64,000 nucleotides of DNA from a virus. Positions 59,235 to 64,000 of this stretch are shown here, piece by piece. The stretch is from positions 29,193 to 93,192 of the IMG/VR virus record IMGVR_UViG_3300017917_004390, one strand, 5' to 3'. A program made the position numbers and the translations under genes. The first letter of the stretch is position 1, and every line of letters begins with the position of its first letter. The notes below the pieces were generated by a model. The model searched no databases and was not told the origin of the DNA. It saw nothing but the letters and a program-made list of their open reading frames with translations.

Positions 59235-60953
59235 TTAAACGAACTCAGATGTGTTCAAGAATGGTGTGTTTTGAACAATCACCTTTCCGAAGAAACGGTT
59301 ATTAACCAATTTCTTAGCATAACGAGTCATAATACCCATTACTGGTTTGAAGTCGGCAGGGTTCATTCCTTTAGGGAACAACATCAATGGCACGTATGGT
59401 GCGTAGATATATCCACTATCGAAAATACTTGAACCTTTATGACCTACAAGGATTGTACCAGCAGGTGCGTAGTTATCTACGAATACTTGATATCTGTTTT
59501 GGATTGAACCAATTTTTTCGATACCTAATGAGAACTTAGTTTCCTCAGCAGAAGCGTCAGTTGCGTGGAAGTATTCTAAATCATTCAAGATAGCCTGAGT
59601 CATCGGAGAAACGATTAAGAATGTAGCACCACCTTTTAGAGTAGCTTGCTGAATTTTAGCAGAGATAAGATTTACCTTAGTAATTAACTCTTGGTTATAA
59701 TCTTTACGTGTCAATGCTAAATTAACTGATTTCATTCTGTCATAAGCAGCGTAGTCCCAAATTTCTAAGAACGCACCACCTTTACGCATATCACGTAAGA
59801 TTTCACGGTCAATTTCACCAGAAACAACTTCTGACAACATAGCAGTTAATTCTGCTTCAACGTCAACGCTTTGGAAAGCTGAAACGTCTTGTTGTAATTC
59901 TTGTGTGAATGTAGCACCTAATTTACGAGTTGTCACATCAACAGTCACAAATTTGAAGTCGAAACTTACTTGTGGGATTTGAGCATCTTCTTCCATATTA
60001 CTGTAAATCTTGTAAACACCATTGAATGTAATACCAGAAGCAGCAGTAGCAGAAGTTAATGGTAAAAGATAAGCACCAGCTGTGTTTGGAGTACTTAATT
60101 GAATTTCTAAATCAACTACACCAGTACCTAATGAAGCACCAGAAGCATCTCTTGTTCTAACAAGAGAATCACCATATTTTTGTGTAATAACACGATAAAA
60201 TAATGGACTACCAGCTGGGAAGCTATAAGCACCACCTAATGCAGATGTAAATGTAGTGTTAGATGTGATAACTAATGAACTTAGGAATTCTTCAGTATCA
60301 ACTGGAACACCAGCAGGACCAACTAACTTACCAGCATTTGTGATTGAGAAACCACTTAATTGTACTTTTAGTGTTTGGTTAGTACCAGGAGTAAATGATT
60401 CACTTAAATTAAGTTGCTGACTAACAATTGTAATAGCACCTTTTGTTAAATCAAATAAACCGTTAAAGTCATCATTGTATAAATCCTTATTGTACCACTG
60501 GTCATAAAGAGATACAGTTTCGTATTGTGTTTTAGCTGTTGCATCAGCAGTTGCGGCATTAGAGTATACACCATCGAATACATAATGTCTAGCAGGAGAA
60601 CCTGTTGTTCTTTTTGAAGTTTTAGGGTTCAAGAAGTATAGACGACCGATAGGTAGATTTAATGTTTGAATTGAAGCTACTTCATTAGCCAAAAGTTTTT
60701 GGAAAACACGTCTGATAATTGGGAACGCTACTGTTTCAAAAGAACCAGAAGAAGTTGAATCACTAGATTCTGTTAAGAACCACTGTGCTTGGTTTTCGAA
60801 CAATTGAGCCATGTTTTCTTTTTGAACTGGGTTCTTAAGACCTTTTAACACACCCGCTCTATCCCAAGTTTCAGTCACTAATCTCTTCTCAGCTTGTTGA
60901 CGTTGAAACGCTGCACCAACTTCGCCTGATTGTAAAATTTCACTGAATAACAT
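59235..60953 (-). CDS. gp23: Major capsid protein (T4 gp23 family)
   Basis: MAQLFENQ, FPIIRRVF, TRKL, ELQQD, EIDREIL, GYIYAPYVPL and GIMTRYA motifs. Confidence 0.97.
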   Translation of the reverse strand: MLFSEILQSGEVGAAFQRQQAEKRLVTETWDRAGVLKGLKNPVQKENMAQLFENQAQWFLTESSDSTSSGSFETVAFPIIRRVFQKLLANEVASIQTLNLPIGRLYFLNPKTSKRTTGSPARHYVFDGVYSNAATADATAKTQYETVSLYDQWYNKDLYNDDFNGLFDLTKGAITIVSQQLNLSESFTPGTNQTLKVQLSGFSITNAGKLVGPAGVPVDTEEFLSSLVITSNTTFTSALGGAYSFPAGSPLFYRVITQKYGDSLVRTRDASGASLGTGVVDLEIQLSTPNTAGAYLLPLTSATAASGITFNGVYKIYSNMEEDAQIPQVSFDFKFVTVDVTTRKLGATFTQELQQDVSAFQSVDVEAELTAMLSEVVSGEIDREILRDMRKGGAFLEIWDYAAYDRMKSVNLALTRKDYNQELITKVNLISAKIQQATLKGGATFLIVSPMTQAILNDLEYFHATDASAEETKFSLGIEKIGSIQNRYQVFVDNYAPAGTILVGHKGSSIFDSGYIYAPYVPLMLFPKGMNPADFKPVMGIMTRYAKKLVNNRFFGKVIVQNTPFLNTSEFV

Positions 60954-61046
60954 AATATTTAAAATTTGTTGTTTTTTTGTTATTTTATTTTATTTAATTG
61001 TATATAGTATTTTTTTGCTTAGGTAACTATTTTTTTATCAATTTTT

Positions 61047-62372
61047 TTAATAATTTATTAGAAAATCAAATCTATTTAAATCACTATTTTTTGATAATGA
61101 ACCTTCAACCATAACTCCTCTATCATTACTTACTACATTTAATAACTTTTTCGACTCATTTAAAGCCTCTTTATTACTTGTTCCATTTTCGAACTCTTCT
61201 TTAAGCATATTAAAAGTATTTGTAATATCTTCTTTTGTATTTACAGATGTAAAGCCTTCAACAATTTTGATTTTATCAGCTTTTGATAAATCATTTTCTA
61301 ACATAAGTTTATTAATAGATACTAATTTCTTACTAACAATAGCTGTTTCTTGTAGCATATTAATAAGTTCATTATATTTACTTGTTAAACTGTTATATTT
61401 TTCGTTTAATTCTTTATATTCTGCACTTTCATAAACTCTGTTAGGTGCTTGATGAGCATTTGGTAAACCTTTTCTAATTGATTTAGATTCTTCCAATTCA
61501 TCTTCAGGATTAGCACTTTCACTTTCTAATTCATTTAAGCTATTTTCGATTTCACTTAAAACAGCATCTTCTTCCATATTTTGAGAACCACCTTGATAAT
61601 CTTCAGTGTCAATACCATCTTTATTAAGGTGAACATCAACTGCCATTTCACTTCCTTCTGGATGTAAAGCACCTGAGGCATCTGAATCTTGTGATGATTC
61701 ACCGTCATCTTCACCTAAATAACTTTCAAACTCACGTAATTCTTCTATTGACATATTTTCTAACATATTATTAAAATCTTCATCTTCATCATCTAAAGGA
61801 AGGTCAGCATCAAATCCACCTTCTTTATCAATAAATTCATCATTTTGTTCAACAGTACCAAAGTCATCTTCATCATCTAAAGGAAGGTCAGCATCAAATC
61901 CACCATCCATTTCAGATAACATAGCATCAATATCCATTTCATCTTCTGAAATCATTAAATCATCTTCTTCAAGTTGATTATATTTTTCCATAATTTCATC
62001 TATTGATTTATCTCTTAAATCTTCTGTATTTTCCATTTCTGTGTTTTGTGTATCATCTAAATTATTTGGGGTTTCTATTTCATCTGAATTAATTAGAGTA
62101 TCATCAGAAATTTCAATGTCTTTAAAAATGTCATCGTTATTACCTTCAATTGTATCATCAGATTCAATTGTTTCATCATCAACAATTTGACTTGTTTCAT
62201 CGTCATCTTTAATTTCACTACTATTCATTAAACCATTTAAAGTTTCAGCAACTAAACTATTAATATAATCGCTTTGTTCCTCTAATACTTTTTTTTCAGC
62301 TTTTTTCAACGCCTCTTGTTTTAATTTTTCAATTTCTTCCAAGGTTTGTTTTTGTAAAGAATTTTCAGTCAT
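61047..62372 (-). CDS. Prohead scaffolding/core protein
   Basis: Very acidic coiled-coil protein between the protease and major capsid genes. Confidence 0.75.
   Translation of the reverse strand: MTENSLQKQTLEEIEKLKQEALKKAEKKVLEEQSDYINSLVAETLNGLMNSSEIKDDDETSQIVDDETIESDDTIEGNNDDIFKDIEISDDTLINSDEIETPNNLDDTQNTEMENTEDLRDKSIDEIMEKYNQLEEDDLMISEDEMDIDAMLSEMDGGFDADLPLDDEDDFGTVEQNDEFIDKEGGFDADLPLDDEDEDFNNMLENMSIEELREFESYLGEDDGESSQDSDASGALHPEGSEMAVDVHLNKDGIDTEDYQGGSQNMEEDAVLSEIENSLNELESESANPEDELEESKSIRKGLPNAHQAPNRVYESAEYKELNEKYNSLTSKYNELINMLQETAIVSKKLVSINKLMLENDLSKADKIKIVEGFTSVNTKEDITNTFNMLKEEFENGTSNKEALNESKKLLNVVSNDRGVMVEGSLSKNSDLNRFDFLINY
61780..61904. repeat. 41-bp perfect direct repeat in the scaffold gene
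   Basis: 61780-61820 is identical to 61864-61904; encodes GGFDADLPLDDED twice. Confidence 0.9.
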
Positions 62373-62411
62373 AATATTTTTTATATAATTAGTAAAAAAA
62401 TAAACAATAAA

Positions 62412-63110
62412 TTATAAATTTAATGTTTTTATTAAATTTTGTTCATAAAAATTATTTTTAATACTTAAATCAGTATTTTCAGCTATGGTAGCTGTTTCCA
62501 TAAAAAGATAAGCATTAGGTGTTGAAGGTGTTGCTACTAAATCATAACAAATTAAATCTAAATCCGATTGTACTATATTTTTACCTCTTTCACTTCTAAC
62601 AGAACCTATCGCTCTTGATGAAATACCTATTTTATAACCACGCTGTAGATATAAAGCGATTTTATCACCAATTACACTACATACTCCACCATGTATAAAC
62701 CCATCAGACATGATTAATTCTAATGTACCCCATAAGGTTTTTTCATTATTATTATTTACCCACCAAGTTTTTATTACATTATGTGAAATATCTTTTAAAG
62801 AAAGTTTAATACCATCTGGATGGTCACATTCACCAAAAGCATTTTTATTATTAATCAATACTTGATATTTTTCATCTTCACGTTTTAATATATCATAAGG
62901 ATAAACCCTACCATTTCTATTTAAAACATCCGCTTTTTGTAAAATACAATCAATATGTATTACTTTATTAACTGACTTTATTTCACCTTTATCAAGACTT
63001 TCAAATAATTTTTTATTATTATCAGTTAAATCTCTAAGGATAAATCCAGCATCATGTTCTTTTAATAAACCAAATCCAACTTCATTAGCTTTTAATTCTT
63101 TGATAATCAT
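62412..63110 (-). CDS. gp21: Prohead maturation protease (gp21 family)
   Basis: NRNGRVYP, GECDHP, GISSRAIGS and DLVATPS motifs; probable start MIIKE at 63110. Confidence 0.92.
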   Translation of the reverse strand: MIIKELKANEVGFGLLKEHDAGFILRDLTDNNKKLFESLDKGEIKSVNKVIHIDCILQKADVLNRNGRVYPYDILKREDEKYQVLINNKNAFGECDHPDGIKLSLKDISHNVIKTWWVNNNNEKTLWGTLELIMSDGFIHGGVCSVIGDKIALYLQRGYKIGISSRAIGSVRSERGKNIVQSDLDLICYDLVATPSTPNAYLFMETATIAENTDLSIKNNFYEQNLIKTLNL

Positions 63111-63111
63111 A

Positions 63112-63804
63112 TTACAAACATTTATATAAAGTATAAATATCATCAATGTAAGATGATTCATTATACTGTAATGAATTTATTTTATTAATACTTTTATTGT
63201 AAACACTTTCAGATAAGGTTTCTTTGTTATTATTAATATTTTTTATAACGTTTTCTTTCAATTTATTAAAAGTAACTAATTTATCATCAGAATCACTTAA
63301 TACACTATTAATTATCATAATTTCAGTATCATTCATATTTTCAACTAGCTTACTTATAACATTTTTTTGTGCTTTGAAATATAAATCATAACTAACATCT
63401 TCTTTAATAATTTTCTTATTTTCTCTTTTTGATAAAAATTCAACTGATTCTGATATTACTTCAATATTTTGATTTTCGAATAATACTTTATCGATATAAT
63501 TATTATATGTTTTTAATTCATCACTTAAATCTACATTAATATCATATACTTTAAGTTTTTCGCATTCAGAAAGAATATCTTTTTTAGAATATACTTTAAG
63601 TTTTTCTTCTATTTTTTTTGAAACTAAAACTTTGTATATATCATTTTTTTCTTTATCAAGTTTATTTAAATCTTGAGACAATAAATACATTTCCATTAAA
63701 ATTGGACTATTTTTAATGGTATTAAAATATTTTAAGTAAATATCTTTATCACCTTTTAATAAAGATATACTCATTTTATTTTTTATATTACTAAATTCAA
63801 CCAT
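63112..63804 (-). CDS. Hypothetical head-cluster protein
   Basis: 230 aa with an upstream CTATTTAT motif. Confidence 0.6.
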   Translation of the reverse strand: MVEFSNIKNKMSISLLKGDKDIYLKYFNTIKNSPILMEMYLLSQDLNKLDKEKNDIYKVLVSKKIEEKLKVYSKKDILSECEKLKVYDINVDLSDELKTYNNYIDKVLFENQNIEVISESVEFLSKRENKKIIKEDVSYDLYFKAQKNVISKLVENMNDTEIMIINSVLSDSDDKLVTFNKLKENVIKNINNNKETLSESVYNKSINKINSLQYNESSYIDDIYTLYKCL

Positions 63805-63831
63805 TTTATTTTTAATATAAATAGTTGTTAT

Positions 63832-64000
63832 TTAAACCATATTGTCCATCTTATTAAGAATATTATCTAAATCATCACTAATCTTAGTTATAGGTTCTTT
63901 TTTACTTAAATAATCTAAGGTTTCTAATATTGGAGTTCCTTGACCACCTCCCGGTCCGTTTTGACCAATTGGTAATACTGGTTCATTAGACATACCACCC
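63832..64000 (-). CDS. C-terminal end of an upstream gene (possibly portal, by synteny only)
   Basis: Open frame ...GGMSNEPVLPIGQNGPGGGQGTPILETLDY...MDNMV ending at a stop. Confidence 0.4.
   Translation of the reverse strand, partial: GGMSNEPVLPIGQNGPGGGQGTPILETLDYLSKKEPITKISDDLDNILNKMDNMV

Noticed and set aside
897-59432. Short ORFs antisense or out of frame to long genes (e.g. 897..1136, 1801..2085, 4986..5312, 24658..25110, 40958..41329, 48417..48809, 49533..50039, 59193..59432)
   Set aside because: They are shadow ORFs overlapping better-supported genes and have no recognisable motifs.
1-64000. Stop-codon reassignment, tRNA/rRNA genes, cas genes
   Set aside because: Genes are full length and densely packed under the standard code. 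No tRNA cloverleaf, rRNA or Cas motif was recognised by eye; tRNAscan-SE and HMM searches were not run.

Overview
This is a 64 kb segment of a very AT-rich (roughly 25% GC by eye), T4-related large or jumbo myophage using the standard genetic code. A Bacteroidetes host is inferred, not shown: there are no Shine-Dalgarno motifs and there are TAnnTTAG/TTTG promoter-like boxes. Virion genes (major capsid, scaffold, prohead protease, neck, sheath, tube, gp5/gp6/gp25/gp26-like baseplate, tape measure, GH73-bearing hub protein) are interleaved on both strands with replication and metabolism genes (5'-3' exonuclease, UvsX/RecA, SSB, RuvC-like resolvase, primase, two sigma factors, PhoH, NrdB, NrdA). 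The top finding is at 27343-29180: five tandem paralogous small genes each run in-frame into a CRISPR-like unit with a 36-nt repeat and 30-nt unique, mostly GC-richer spacers (66-nt period, 22 codons), and no cas gene is visible in the window. The second is nrdA, fractured by a naturally split intein at its catalytic cysteine, with a free-standing PD-(D/E)xK endonuclease gene between the halves behind a double hairpin. Also seen are a recurrent CTATTTAY upstream motif, a candidate +1/-2 frameshift in a gp26-like gene, and several small genes missing from the ORF track.
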